A DNA stretch of 64,000 nt from Eledone cirrhosa (lineage: Eukaryota), in assembly GCA_964016885.1 (NCBI GenBank), contig OZ024744.1:133176001-133240000 (forward strand). The letters run 5' to 3'. The notes below the pieces were generated by a model, which had not been told where the DNA came from, did no database searches, and saw only the letters and a list, made by a program, of their open reading frames with translations. Position 1 is the first letter of the stretch; each line of letters opens with the position of its first letter. Of this stretch, positions 12,257-28,497 are shown piece after piece. The position numbers and the translations under genes are program-made.

Positions 12257-15200
12257 ACTTAACTCAGCCCCAACTTAACTTAGCCACAACTTAACTTAAC
12301 ACCAACTTAACTTAACCCCAACTTAACTTAACCCCAACTTAACTTAACCCCAACTTAACTTATCCCCAACTTAACTGAACCCCAACTTAACTTAACCCCA
12401 ACTCAATATAACCCCAACTTAACTTAACCCCAACTTAACTCAACCCCAACTTAAATTAACCCCAACTTAACTTATCCCCAACTTAACTTAACCCCAACTT
12501 AATTAACCCCAACTTAAATTAACCCCAACTTAACTTAACACCAACTTAACGTAACCCCAACTTAAATAAACCCCAACTTAAATGAACCCCAACTTAACTT
12601 AACCCCAACTTAACTTAACCCCAACTTAACTCAGCCCCAACTTAACTTAGCCCCAACTTAACTTAACCCCAACTTAACTTAACCCCAACTTAACTTAACC
12701 CCAACTTAACTTAAACCTAACTTAACTTAACCCCAACTTAACCCCAACTTAACTTAACTGCAACTTAACTTAACCCCAACTTAACTTAACCCCAACTTAA
12801 CTTAACTGCAACTTAACTTAACCCCAACTTAACTTAACCCCAACTTAACTCAACACCAACTTAACTCAACCCCAACTTAACTCAACGCCAATTTAACTCA
12901 ACCCCAACTTAACTCAACCCCAACTTAACTTAACCCCGACTTAAATTAACCCCGACTTAACTTAACCCCAACTTAACTCAACCCCAACTTAACTTAACCC
13001 CAACTTAACTTAACCCCAACTTAACTTAACCCCAACTTAAATTAACCCCAACTTAACTTAAACTCAACTTAACTAACCAACTTAACTTAACCCCAACTTA
13101 ACTTGACCCCAACTTAACTTAACCCCAACTTAACTTAAACCCAACTTAACTTAACCCCAACTTAACTTAACCCCAACTTAACTTAACCCCAACTTAACCC
13201 CAAATTAAATTAACCTCAACTTAACTTAACCCCAACTTAACTTAGCCCCAACTTAACTTAGCCCCAACTTAACTTAGCCCCAACTTAACTTAACCCCAAC
13301 TTAACTTAACCGCACCTTAACTTAACCTCAACTTAACTTAACTGCAACTTAACTTAACCCCAACTTAACTTAACCCCAACTTAACTCAAAACCAACTTAA
13401 CTCAACCCCAACTTAACTCAACCCCAATTTAACTCAACCCCAACTTAACTCAACCCCAACTTAACTTAACCCCAACTTAACTGAACCCTAACTTAACTTA
13501 ACCCCGACTTAACTTAACCCCGACTTAACTTAACCCCAACTTAACTTAACCCCAACTTAACTTAACCCCAACTTAACTTAACCCCAACTTAATTTAACCC
13601 CATCTTAACCCCAACTTATCTTAACCCCAACTTTACTGAACCCCAACTTAATTTAACCCCAACTTAAATAAACCCCAACTTAACTTAACCCCAACTTAAC
13701 TTAACCCCAACTTAACTTAACCCCAACTTAACTCAGCCCCAACTTAACTTAGCCCCAACTTAACTTAACCCCAACTTAACTTAACCCCAACTTAACTTAA
13801 CCCCAACTTAACTTAACACCAACTTAACGTAACCCCAACTTAATTTAACCCCAACTTAAATTAACCTCAACTTAACTTAACCCCAACTTAACTTAACCCC
13901 ATCTTAACTTAACCCCAACTTAACTTAACCCCAACTTAACTTAACCCCAACTTAAATTAACCCCAACTTAACTTAACCCCAACTTAACTTAACCCCGACT
14001 TAACTTAACCCCAACTTAACTTAATCCCAACTTAACTTAACCCCAACTTAACTTAACCACAAATTAACTTAACCCCAACTTAACTTAACCCCAACTTAAC
14101 TTAACCCCAACTTAACTTAACCCCAACTTAACTGAACCCCAACTTAACTTAAACCTAACTTAACTTAACCCCAACTTAACCCCAACTTAACTTGACCCCA
14201 ACTTAACTTAACCCCAACTTAACTCAACCCCAACTTAACTTAACCCCAACTTAACTCAGCCCCAACTTAACTCAGCCCCAACTTAACTTAGCCACAACTT
14301 AACTTAACACCAACTTAACTTAACCCCAACTTAACTTAACCCCAACTTAACTTAACCCCAACTTAACTTATCCCCAACTTAACTGAACCCCAACTTAACT
14401 TAACCCCAACTCAATATAACCCCAACTTAACTTAACCCCAACTTAACTCAACCCCAACTTAAATTAACCCTAACTTAACTTATCCCCAACTTAACTTAAC
14501 CCCAACTTAATTAACCCCAACTTAAATTAACCCCAACTTAACTTAACACCAACTTAACGTAACCCCAACTTAAATAAACCCCAACTTAAATGAACCCCAA
14601 CTTAACTTAACCCCAACTTAACTTAACCCCAACTTAACTCAGCCCCAACTTAACTTAGCCCCAACTTAACTTAACCCCAACTTAACTTAACCCCAACTTA
14701 ACTTAACCCCAACTTAACTTAAACCTAACTTAACTTAACCCCAACTTAACCCCAACTTAACTTGACCCCAACTTAACTTAACCTCAACTTAACTTAACCC
14801 CAACTTAACTTAACCCCATCTTAACTTAACCCCAACTTAACTTAACCCCAACTTAACTTAACCCCAACTTAAATTAACCCCAACTTAACTTAACCCCAAC
14901 TTAACTTAACCCCGACTTAACTTAACCCCAACTTAACTTAACCCCAACTTAACTTAACCCCAACTTAACTTAACCACAAATTAACTTAACCCCAACTTAA
15001 CTTAACCCCAACTTAACTTAACCCCAACTTAACTTAACCCCAACTTAACTTAACCCCAACTTAACTTAAACCTAACCTAACTTAACCCCAACTTAACCCC
15101 AACTTAACTTGACCCCAACTTAACTTAACCCCAACTTAACTCAACCCCAACTTAACTTAACCCCAACTTAACTCAGCCCCAACTTAACTCAGCCCCAACT

Positions 15201-16670
15201 TAACTTAGCCCCAACTTAACTTAACAACAACTTAACTTAACCCCAACTTAACTTATCCCCAACTTAACTGAACCCCAACTTAACTTAACCCCAACTTAAT
15301 ATAACCCCAACTTAACTTAACCCCAACTTAACTCAACCCCAACTTAAATTAACCCCAACTTAACTTATCCCCAACTTAACTTAACCCCAACTTAATTAAC
15401 CCCAACTTAAATTAACCCCAACTTAACTTAACACCAACTTAACGTAACCCCAACTTAACTTAACCCCAACTTAACTTAAACCTAACTTAACTTAACCCCA
15501 ACTTAACCCCAACTTAACTTGACCCCAACTTAACTTAACCCCAACTTAACTCAACCCCAACTTAACTTAACCCCAACTTAACTCAGCCCCAACTTAACTC
15601 AGCCCCAACTTAACTTAGCCCCAACTTAACTTAACAACAACTTAACTTAACCCCAACTTAACTTATCCCCAACTTAACTGAACCCCAACTTAACTGAACC
15701 CCAACTTAAATTAACCCCAACTTAACTTAACCCCAACTTAACTTAACCCCAACTTAACTCAACACCAACTTAACTCAACCCCAACTTAACTCAACCCCAA
15801 TTTAACTCAACCCCAACTTAACTCAACCCCAACTTAACTTAACCCCAACTTAACTGAACCCTAACTTAACTTAACCCCGACTTAACTTAACCCCGACTTA
15901 ACTTAACCCCAACTTAACTTAACCCCAACTTAACTTAACCCCAACTTAACTTAACCCCAACTTAATTTAACCCCATCTTAACCCCAACTTAACTTAACCC
16001 CAACTTAACTGAACCCCAACTTAACTTAACCCCAACTTAAATAAACCCCAACTTAACTTAACCCCAACTTAACTTAACCCCAACTTAACTTAACCCCAAC
16101 TTAACTCAGCCCCAACTTAACTTAGCCCCAACTTAACTTAACCCCAACTTAACTTAACCCCAACTTAACTTAACCCCAACTTAACTTAACCCCAACTTAA
16201 CTTAACCCCAACTTAACTTAAACCCAACTTAACTTAACCCCAACTTAAATTATCCCCAACTTAACTTATCCCCAACTTAACTTAACCCCAACTTAACTTA
16301 ACCCCAACTTAACTTAACCCCAACTTAATTTAACCCCAACTTAACTTAACCTCAACTTAACTTAACCCCAACTTAACTTAACCCCATCTTAACTTAACCC
16401 CAACTTAACTTAACCCCAACTTAACTTAACCCCAACTTAAATTAACCCCAACTTAACTTAACCCCAACTTAACTTAACCCCGACTTAACTTAACCCCAAC
16501 TTAACTTAACCCCAACTTAACTTAACCCCAACTTAACCCCAACTTAACTTGACCCCAACTTAACTTAACCCCAACTTAACTCAACCCCAACTTAACTTAA
16601 CCCCAACTTAACTCAGCCCCAACTTAACTCAGCCCCAACTTAACTTAGCCCCAACTTAACTTAACACCAA
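12257..16670 (+). repeat. Dispersed copy of positions 1 to about 4385 (offset about 12.26-12.29 kb)
   Basis: ACTGC at 501 vs 12757. TTTACTGAAC at about 1360 vs 13632. AACCTAACCT at 2781 vs 15069. Confidence 0.85.
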
Positions 16671-17496
16671 CTTAACTTAACCCCACCTTAACTTAACCCC
16701 AACTTAACTTAACCCCAACTTAACTTATCCCCAACTTAACTGAACCCCAACTTAACTTAACCCCAACTTAATATAACCCCAACTTAACTTAACCCCAACT
16801 TAACTCAACCCCAACTTAAATTAACCCCAACTTAACTTAACCCCAACTTAACTTAACCCCAACTTAATTAACCCCAACTTAAATTAACCCCAACTTAACT
16901 TAACACCAACTTAACGTAACCCCAACTTAATTTAACCCCAACTTAAATTAACCCCAACTTAACTTGCCCCCAACTTAACTTACCCCCAACGTAACTTAAC
17001 CCCAACTTAATTTAACCCCAACTTAATTTAACCCCAACTTAACTTAACCCCAAATTAACTCAACCCCAACTTAACTCAACCCCAACTTAACTTAACCCCA
17101 ACTTAACTTAACCCCAACTTAACTTAACCACAAATTAACTTAGCCCCAACTTAAATTAACCCCAACTTAACTCAACCACAACTTAACTTAACCCCGACCT
17201 AACTTAACCCCAACTTAACTTAACCCCAACTTAACTTAACCCCAACTTCACTCAACCCCAACTTAACTCAACCCCAACTTAACCCCAACTTAACTTAACC
17301 CCAACTTAAATTAACCACAAAGTTAACTTAACCCCAATTTAAATTAACCCCAACTTAACTTAACCCCAACTTAACCGCAACTTAACTTAACCCCAACTTA
17401 ACTTACCCCCAACTTAACTTACCCCCAACTTAACTGAACCCCAACTTAAGTTAAGCCTAACTTAACTTAACGCCAACTTAACTTAACCCCGACTTA

Positions 17497-17669
17497 GGGC
17501 TTAAGTTAAGTTGGGGCTAAGTTAAGTTGGGGTTAAGTCAAGTTGGAAGTTGTGGTTGAGTGAAGTTGGGGTTAAGTTAAGTTGGGGTTGAGTGAAGTTG
17601 GGGTTAAGTTAAGTTGGGGTTGAGTTACGTTGGGGTTGAGTGAAGTTGGGGTTAAGTTAAGTTGGGGTT
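17497..17669 (-). repeat. Inverted satellite island copy 2 (173 bp)
   Basis: Same junctions and internal sequence as copy 1. Confidence 0.97.
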
Positions 17670-20600
17670 AACCCCAACTTAACTTAACCCCAACTTAACT
17701 TAACCCCAACATAACTTAACCCCAACTTAAATTAACCCCAACTTAACTTAAACTCAACTTAACTAACCAACTTAACTTAACCCCAACTTAACTTAACCCC
17801 AACTTAACTTAACCCCAACTTAACTTAACCCCAACTTAACTTAACCCCAACTTAAATTAACCCCAACTTAACTTAACCCCAACTTAACTTAACCCCAACT
17901 TAACTTAACCCCAACTTAACTTAACCCCAACTTAACTTAGCCCCAACTTAACTTAGCCCCAACTTAACTTAGCCCCAACTTAACTTAACCCCAACTTAAC
18001 ATAACCGCACCTTAACTTAACCTCAACTTAACTTAACTGCAACTTAACTTAACCCCAACTTAACTTAACCCCAACTTAACTCAACACCAACTTAACTCAA
18101 CCCCAACTTAACTCAACCCCAATTTAACTCAACCCCAACTTAACTCAACCCCAACTTAACTTAACCCCAACTTAACTCAACCCTAACTTAACTTAACCCC
18201 GACTTAAATTAAGCCCAACTTAACTTAACCCCAACTTAACTCAGCCCCAACTTAACTTAGCCCTAACTTAACTTAACCCCAACTTAACTTAACCCCAACT
18301 TAATTAACCCCAACTTAAATTAACCCCAACTTAACTTAACACCAACTTAACTTAACCCCATCTTAAATAAACCCCAACTTAAATTAACCCCAACTTAACT
18401 TAACCCCAACTTAACTTAACCCCAACTTAACTCAGCCCCAACTTAACTTAGCCCCAACTTAACTTAACCCCAACTTAACTTAACCCCAACTTAACTTAAC
18501 CCCAACTTAACTTATCCCCAACTTAACTTAACCCCAACTTAACTTAAACCCAACTTAACTTAACCCCAACTTAAACTATCCCCAACTTAACTTATCCCCA
18601 ACTTAACTTAACCCCAACTTAACTTAACCCCAACTTAACTTAACCCCAACTTAATTTAACCCCAACTTAACTTAACCTCAACTTAACTTAACCCCAACTT
18701 AACTTAACCCCAACTTAACTTAACCCCAACTTAAATTAGCCCCAACTTAACTTAACCCCAACTTAAATTAACCCCAACTTAACTTAACCCCAACTTAACT
18801 TAACCCCGACTTAAATTAACCCCAACTTAACTTAACCCCAACTTAACTTAACCCCAACTTAACTTAACCACAAATTAACTTAACCCCAACTTAACTTAAC
18901 CCCAACTTAACTTAACCCAAACTTAACTTAACACCAACTTAACTTAACCCCAACTTAACTTAACCCCAACTTAACTTAACCCCAACTTAACTCAACCCCA
19001 ACTTAAATTAACCCCAACTTAACTTAACCCCAACTTAACTTAACCCCAACTTAATTAACCCCAACTTAAATTAACCCCAACTTAACTTAACACCAACTTA
19101 ACGTAACCCCAACTTAACTTAACCCCAAATTAACTTAAACCTAACTTAACTTAACCCCAACTTAACCCCAACTTAACTTGACCCCAACTTAACTTAACCC
19201 CAACTTAACTCAACCCCAACTTAACTTAACCCCAACTTAACTCAGCCCCAACTTAACTCAGCCCCAACTTAAATTAGCCCCAACTTAACTTAACACCAAC
19301 TTAACTTAACCCCAACTTAACTTAACCCCAACTTAACTTAACCCCAACTTAACTTATCCCCAACTTAACTGAACCCCAACTTAACTGAACCCCAACTTAA
19401 ATTAACCCCAACTTAACTTAACCCCAACTTAACTTAACCCCAACTTAACTCAACACCAACTTAACTCAACCCCAACTTAACTCAACCCCAATTTAACTCA
19501 ACCCCAACTTAACTCAACCCCAACTTAACTTAACCCCAACTTAACTGAACCCTAACTTAACTTAACCCCGACTTAACTTAACCCCGACTTAACTTAACCC
19601 CAACTTAACTTAACCCCAACTTAACTTAACCCCAACTTAACTTAACCCCAACTTAATTTAACCCCATCTTAACCCCAACTTAACTTAACCCCAACTTAAC
19701 TGAACCCCAACTTAAATTAACCCCAACTTAAATAAACCCCAACTTAACTTAACCCCAACTTAACTTAACCCCAACTTAACTTAGCCCCAACTTAACTCAG
19801 CCCCAACTTAACTTAGCCCCAACTTAACTTAACCCCAACTTAACTTAACCCCAACTTAACTTAACCCCAACTTAACTTAACCCCAACTTAACTTAACCCC
19901 AACTTAACTTAAACCCAACTTAACTTAACCCCAACTTAAATTATCCCCAACTTAACTTATCCCCAACTTAACTTAACCCCAACTTAACTTAACCCCAACT
20001 TAACTTAACCCCAACTTAATTTAACCCCAACTTAACTTAACCTCAACTTAACTTAACCCCAACTTAACTTAACCCCATCTTAACTTAACCCCAACTTAAC
20101 TTAACCCCAACTTAACTTAACCCCAACTTAAATTAACCCCAACTTAACTTAACCCCAACTTAACTTAACCCCGACTTAACTTAACCCCAACTTAACTTAA
20201 CCCCAACTTAACTTAACCCCAACTTAACCCCAGCTTAACTTGACCCCAACTTAACTTAACCCCAACTTAACTCAACCCCAACTTAACTTAACCCCAACTT
20301 AACTCAGCCCCAACTTAACTCAGCCTCAACTTAACTTAGCCCCAACTTAACTTAACACCAACTTAACTTAACCCCACCTTAACTTAACCCCAACTTAACT
20401 TAACCCCAACTTAACTTATCCCCAACTTAACTGAACCCCAACTTAACTTAACCCCAACTTAATATAACCCCAACTTAACTTAACCCCAACTTAACTCAAC
20501 CCCAACTTAAATTAACCCCAACTTAACTTAACCCCAACTTAACTTAACCCCAACTTAATTAACCCCAACTTAAATTAACCCCAACTTAACTTAACACCAA

Positions 20601-21266
20601 CTTAACGTAACCCCAACTTAATTTAACCCCAACTTAAATTAACCCCAACTTAACTTGCCCCCAACTTAACTTACCCCCAACGTAACTTAACCCCAACTTA
20701 ATTTAACCCCAACTTAATTTAACCCCAACTTAACTTAACCCCAAATTAACTCAACCCCAACTTAACTCAACCCCAACTTAACTTAACCCCAACTTAACTT
20801 AACCCCAACTTAACTTAACCACAAATTAACTTAGCCCCAACTTAAATTAACCCCAAGTTAACTCAACCACAACTTAACTTAACCCCGACCTAACTTAACC
20901 CCAACTTAACTTAACCCCAACTTAACTTAACCCCAACTTCACTCAACCCCAACTTAACTCAACCCCAACTTAACCCCAACTTAACTTAACCCCAACTTAA
21001 ATTAACCACAAAGTTAACTTAACCCCAATTTAAATTAACCCCAACTTAACTTAACCCCAACTTAACATAACCACCACTTAATTAACCCCAACTTAACTCA
21101 ACCCCAACTTAACTTAACCCTAACTTAACTTAACCCCAACTTAACCGCAACTTAACTTAACCCCAACTTAACTTACCCCCAACTTAACTTACCCCCAACT
21201 TAACTGAACCCCAACTTAAGTTAAGCCTAACTTAACTTAACGCCAACTTAACTTAACCCCGACTTA

Positions 21267-21439
21267 GGGCTTAAGTTAAGTTGGGGCTAAGTTAAGTTGG
21301 GGTTAAGTCAAGTTGGAAGTTGTGGTTGAGTGAAGTTGGGGTTAAGTTAAGTTGGGGTTGAGTGAAGTTGGGGTTAAGTTAAGTTGGGGTTGAGTTACGT
21401 TGGGGTTGAGTTACGTTGGGGTTAAGTTAAGTTGGGGTT
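21267..21439 (-). repeat. Inverted satellite island copy 3 (173 bp; carries two GAGTTACGTT monomers)
   Basis: Same junctions. A second TTACG at 21411 replaces TGAAG. Confidence 0.97.
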
Positions 21440-24400
21440 AACCCCAACTTAACTTAACCCCAACTTAACTTAACCCCAACTTAACTTAACCCCAACTTAA
21501 CTTAACCCCAACATAACTTAACCCCAACTTAAATTAACCCCAACTTAACTTAAACTCAACTTAACTAACCAACTTAACTTAACCCCAACTTAACTTAACC
21601 CCAACTTAACTTAACCCCAACTTAACTTAACCCCAACTTAACTTAACCCCAACTTAAATTAACCCCAACTTAACTTAACCCCAACTTAACTTAACCCCGA
21701 CTTAACTTAACCCCAACTTAACTTAACCCCAACTTAACTTAGCCCCAACTTAACTTAGCCCCAACTTAACTTAGCCCCAACTTAACTTAACCCCAACTTA
21801 ACATAACCGCACCTTAACTTAACCTCAACTTAACTTAACTGCAACTTAACTTAACCCCAACTTAACTTAACCCCAACTTAACTCAACACCAACTTAACTC
21901 AACCCCAACTTAACTCAACCCCAATTTAACTCAACCCCAACTTAACTCAACCCCAACTTAACTTAACCCCAACTTAACTGAACCCTAACTTAACTTAACC
22001 CCGACTTAAATTAAGCCCAACTTAACTTAACCCCAACTTAACTCAGCCCCAACTTAACTTAGCCCTAACTTAACTTAACCCCAACTTAACTTAACCCCAA
22101 CTTAATTAACCCCAACTTAAATTAACCCCAACTTAACTTAACACCAACTTAACGTAACCCCATCTTAAATAAACCCCAACTTAAATTAACCCCAACTTAA
22201 CTTAACCCCAACTTAACTTAACCCCAACTTAACTCAGCCCCAACTTAACTTAGCCCCAACTTAAATTAACCCCAACTTAACTTAACCCCAACTTAACTTA
22301 ACCCCAACTTAACTTATCCCCAACTTAACTTAACCCCAACTTAACTTAAACCCAACTTAACTTAACCCCAACTTAAACTATCCCCAACTTAACTTATCCC
22401 CAACTTAACTTAACCCCAACTTAACTTAACCCCAACTTAACTTAACCCCAACTTAATTTAACCCCAACTTAACTTAACCTCAACTTAACTTAACCCCAAC
22501 TTAACTTAACCCCAACTTAACTTAACCCCAACTTAAATTAGCCCCAACTTAACTTAACCCCAACTTAAATTAACCCCAACTTAACTTAACCCCAACTTAA
22601 CTTAACCCCGACTTAAATTAACCCCAACTTAACTTAACCCCAACTTAACTTAACCCCAACTTAACTTAACCACAAATTAACTTAACCCCAACTTAACTTA
22701 ACCCCAACTTAACTTAACCCCAACTTAACTTAACCCCAACTTAACTTAAACCTAACTTAACTTAACCCCAACTTAACCCCAACTTAACTTGACCCCAACT
22801 TAACTTAACCCCAACTTAACTCAACCCCAACTTAACTTAACCCCAACTTCACTCAGCCCCAACTTAACTCAGCCCCAACTTAACTTAGCCCCAACTTAAC
22901 TTAACACCAACTTAACTTAACCCCAACTTAACTTAACCCCAACTTAACTTAACCCCAACTTAACTCAACCCCAACTTAACTTAACCCCAACTTAACTCAG
23001 CCCCAACTTAACTCAGCCCCAACTTAACTTAGCCCCAACTTAACTTAACACCAACTTAACTTAACCCCAACTTAACTTAACCCCAACTTAACTTATCCCC
23101 AACTTAACTGAACCCCAACTTAACTTAACCCCAACTTAATATAACCCCAACTTAACTTAACCCCAACTTAACTCAACCCCAACTTAAATTAACCCCAACT
23201 TAACTTAACCCCAACTTAACTTAACCCCAACTTAATTAACCCCAACTTAAATTAACCCCAACTTAACTTAACACCAACTTAACGTAACCCCAACTTAACT
23301 TAACCCCAACTTAACTTAAACCTAACTTAACTTAACCCCAACTTAACCCCAACTTAACTTGACCCCAACTTAACTTAACCCCAACTTAACTCAACCCCAA
23401 CTTAACTTAACCCCAACTTAACTCAGCCCCAACTTAACTCAGCCCCAACTTAACTTAGCCCCAACTTAACTTAACACCAACTTAACTTAACCCCAACTTA
23501 ACTTAACCCCAACTTAACTTAACCCCAACTTAACTCATCCCCAACTTAACTGAACCCCAACTTAACTGAACCCCAACTTAAATTAACCCCAACTTAACTT
23601 AACCCCAACTTAACTTAACCCCAACTTAACTCAACACCAACTTAACTCAACCCCAACTTAACTCAACCCCAATTTAACTCAACCCCAACTTAACTCAACC
23701 CCAACTTAACTTAACCCCAACTTAACTGAACCCTAACTTAACTTAACCCCGACTTAACTTAACCCCGACTTAACTTAACCCCAACTTAACTTAACCCCAA
23801 CTTAACTTAACCCCAACTTAACTTAACCCCAACTTAATTTAACCCCATCTTAACCCCAACTTAACTTAACCCCAACTTAACTGAACCCCAACTTAAATTA
23901 ACCCCAACTTAAATAAACCCCAACTTAACTTAACCCCAACTTAACTTAACCCCAACTTAACTTAACCCCAACTTAACTCAGCCCCAACTTAACTTAGCCC
24001 CAACTTAACTTAACCCCAACTTAACTTAACCCCAACTTAACTTAACCCCAACTTAACTTAACCCCAACTTAACTTAACCCCAACTTAACTTAAACCCAAC
24101 TTAACTTAACCCCAACTTAAATTATCCCCAACTTAACTTATCCCCAACATAACTTAACCCCAACTTAACTTAACCCCAACTTAACTTAACCCCAACTTAA
24201 TTTAACCCCAACTTAACTTAACCTCAACTTAACTTAACCCCAACTTAACTTAACCCCATCTTAACTTAACCCCAACTTAACTTAACCCCAACTTAACTTA
24301 ACCCCAACTTAAATTAACCCCAACTTAACTTTACCCCAACTTAACTTAACCCCGACTTAACTTAACCCCAACTTAACTTAACCCCAACTTAACTTAACCC

Positions 24401-27400
24401 CAACTTAACCCCAACTTAACTTGACCCCAACTTAACTTAACCCCAACTTAACTCAACCCCAACTTAACTTAACCCCAACTTAACTCAGCCCCAACTTAAC
24501 TCAGCCCCAACTTAACTTAGCCCCAACTTAACTTAACACCAACTTAACTTAACCCCACCTTAACTTAACCCCAACTTAACTTAACCCCAACTTAACTTAT
24601 CCCCAACTTAACTGAACCCCAACTTAACTTAACCCCAACTTAATATAACCCCAACTTAACTTAACCCCAACTTAACTCAACCCCAACTTAAATTAACCCC
24701 AACTTAACTTAACCCCAACTTAACTTAACCCCAACTTAATTAACCCCAACTTAAATTAACCCCAACTTAACTTAACACCAACTTAACGTAACCCCAACTT
24801 AATTTAACCCCAACTTAAATTAACCCCAACTTAACTTGCCCCCAACTTAACTTACCCCCAACGTAACTTAACCCCAACTTAATTTAACCCCAACTTAATT
24901 TAACCCCAACTTAACTTAACCCCAAATTAACTCAACCCCAACTTAACTCAACCCCAACTTAACTTAACCCCAACTTAACTTAACCCCAACTTAACTTAAC
25001 CACAAATTAACTTAGCCCCAACTTAAATTAACCCCAAGTTAACTCAACCACAACTTAACTTAACCCCGACCTAACTTAACCCCAACTTAACTTAACCCCA
25101 ACTTAACTCAACCCCAACTTAACTCAACCCCAATTTAACTCAACCCCAACTTAACTCAACCCCAACTTAACTTAACCCCAACTTAACTGAACCCTAACTT
25201 AACTTAACCCCGACTTAACTTAACCCCGACTTAACTTAACCCCAACTTAACTTAACCCCAACTTAACTTAACCCCAACTTAATTTAACCCCATCTTAACC
25301 CCAACTTAACTTAACCCCAACTTAACTGAACCCCAACTTAAATTAACCCCAACTTAAATAAACCCCAACTTAACTTAACCCCAACTTAACTTAACCCCAA
25401 CTTAACTTAACCCCAACTTAACTCAGCCCCAACTTAACTTAGCCCCAACTTAACTTAACCCCAACTTAACTTAACACCAACTTAACTTAACCCCAACTTA
25501 ACTTAACCCCAACTTAACTTAACCCCAACTTAACTTAAACCCAACTTAACTTAACCCCAACTTAAATTATCCCCAACTTAACTTATCCCCAACTTAACTT
25601 AACCCCAACTTAACTTAACCCCAACTTAACTTAACCCCAACTTAATTTAACCCCAACTTAATTTAACCTCAACTTAACTTAACCCCAACTTAACTTAACC
25701 CCATCTTAACTTAACCCCAACTTACCTTAACCCCAACTTAACTTAACCCCAACTTAAATTAACCCCAACTTAACTTAACCCCAACTTAACTTAACCCCGA
25801 CTTAACTTAACCCCAACTTAACTTAACCCCAACTTAACTTAACCCCAACTTAACCCCAACTTAACTTGACCCCAACTTAACTTAACCCCAACTTAACTCA
25901 ACCCCAACTTAACTTAACCCCAACTTAACTCAGCCCCAACTTAACTCAGCCCCAACTTAACTTAGCCCCAACTTAACTTAACACCAACTTAACTTAACCC
26001 CACCTTAACTTAACCCCAACTTAACTTAACCCCAACTTAACTTATCCCCAACTTAACTGAACCCCAACTTAACTTAACCCCAACTTAATATAACCCCAAC
26101 TTAACTTAACCCCAACTTAACTCAACCCCAACTTAAATTAACCCCAACTTAACTTAACCCCAACTTAACTTAACCCCAACTTAATTAACCCCAACTTAAA
26201 TTAACCCCAACTTAACTTAACACCAACTTAACGTAACCCCAACTTAATTTAACCCCAACTTAAATTAACCCCAACTTAACTTGCCCCCAACTTAACTTAC
26301 CCCCAACGTAACTTAACCCCAACTTAATTTAACCCCAACTTAATTTAACCCCAACTTAACTTAACCCCAAATTAACTCAACCCCAACTTAACTCAACCCC
26401 AACTTAACTTAACCCCAACTTAACTTAACCCCAACTTAACTTAACCACAAATTAACTTAGCCCCAACTTAAATTAACCCCAAGTTAACTCAACCACAACT
26501 TAACTTAACCCCGACCTAACTTAACCCCAACTTAACTTAACCCCAACTTAACTTGACCCCAACTTAACTTAACCCCAACTTAACTCAACCCCAACTTAAC
26601 TTAACCCCAACTTAACTCAGCCCCAACTTAAATTAACCCCAACTTAACTTAACCCCAACTTAACTTAACCCCAACTTAACTCAACACCAACTTAACTCAA
26701 CCCCAACTTAACTCAACCCCAATTTAACTCAACCCCAACTTAACTCAACCCCAACTTAACTTAACCCCAACTTAACTGAACCCTAACTTAACTTAACCCC
26801 GACTTAACTTAACCCCGACTTAACTTAACGCCAACTTAACTTAACCCCAACTTAACTTAACCCCAACTTAACTTAACCCCAACTTAATTTAACCCCATCT
26901 TAACCCCAACTTAACTTAACCCCAACTTAACTGAACCCCACCTTAAATTAACCCCAACTTAAATAAACCCCAACTTAACTTAACCCCAACTTAACTTAAC
27001 CCCAACTTAACTTAACCCCAACTTAACTCAGCCCCAACTTAACTTAGCCCCAACTTAACTTAACCCCAACTTAACTTAACCCCAACTTAACTTAACCCCA
27101 ACTTAACTTAACCCCAACTTAACTTAACCCCAACTTAACTTAAACCCAACTTAACTTAACCCCAACTTAAATTATCCCCAACTTAACTTATCCCCAACTT
27201 AACTTAACCCCAACTTAACTTAACCCCAACTTAACTTAACCCCAACTTAATTTAACCCCAACTTAACTTAACCTCAACTTAAATTAACCCAAACTTAACT
27301 TAACCCCATCTTAACTTAACCCCAACTTAACTTAACCCCAACTTAACTTAACCCCAACTTAAATTAACCCCAACTTAACTTAACCCCAACTTAACTTAAC

Positions 27401-28497
27401 CCCGACTTAACTTAACCCCAACTTAACTTAACCCCAACTTAACTTAACCCCAACTTAACCCCAACTTAACTTGACCCCAACTTAACTTAACCCCAACTTA
27501 ACTCAACCCCAACTTAACTTAACCCCAACTTAACTCAGCCCCAACTTAACTCAGCCCCAACTTAACTTAGCCCCAACTTAACTTAACACCAACTTAACTT
27601 AACCCCACCTTAACTTAACCCCAACTTAACTTAACCCCAACTTAACTTATTCCCAACTTAACTGAACCCCAACTTAACTTAACCCCAACTTAATATAACC
27701 CCAACTTAACTTAACCCCAACTTAACTCAACCCCAACTTAAATTAACCCCAACTTAACTTAACCCCAACTTAACTTAACCCCAACTTAATTAACCCCAAC
27801 TTAAATTAACCCCAACTTAACTTAACACCAACTTAACGTAACCCCAACTTAATTTAACCCCAACTTAAATTAACCCCAACTTAACTTGCCCCCAACTTAA
27901 CTTACCCCCAACGTAACTTAACCCCAACTTAATTTAACCCCAACTTAATTTAACCCCAACTTAACTTAACCCCAAATTAACTCAACCCCAACTTAACTCA
28001 ACCCCAACTTAACTTAACCCCAACTTAACCTAACCCCAACTTAACTTAACCACAAATTAACTTAGCCCCAACTTAAATTAACCCCAAGTTAACTCAACCA
28101 CAACTTAATTTAACCCCGACCTAACTTAACCCCAACTTAACTTAACCCCAACTTAACTTAACCCCAACTTCACTCAACCCCAACTTAACTCAACCCCAAC
28201 TTAACCCCAACTTAACTTAACCCCAACTTAAATTAACCACAAAGTTAACTTAACCCCAATTTAAATTAACCCCAACTTAACTTAACCCCAACTTAACATA
28301 ACCACCACTTAATTAACCCCAACTTAACTCAACCCCAACTTAACTTAACCCTAACTTAACTTAACCCCAACTTAACCGCAACTTAACTTAACCCCAACTT
28401 AACTTACCCCCAACTTAACTTACCCCCAACTTAACTGAACCCCAACTTAAGTTAAGCCTAACTTAACTTAACGCCAACTTAACTTAACCCCGACTTA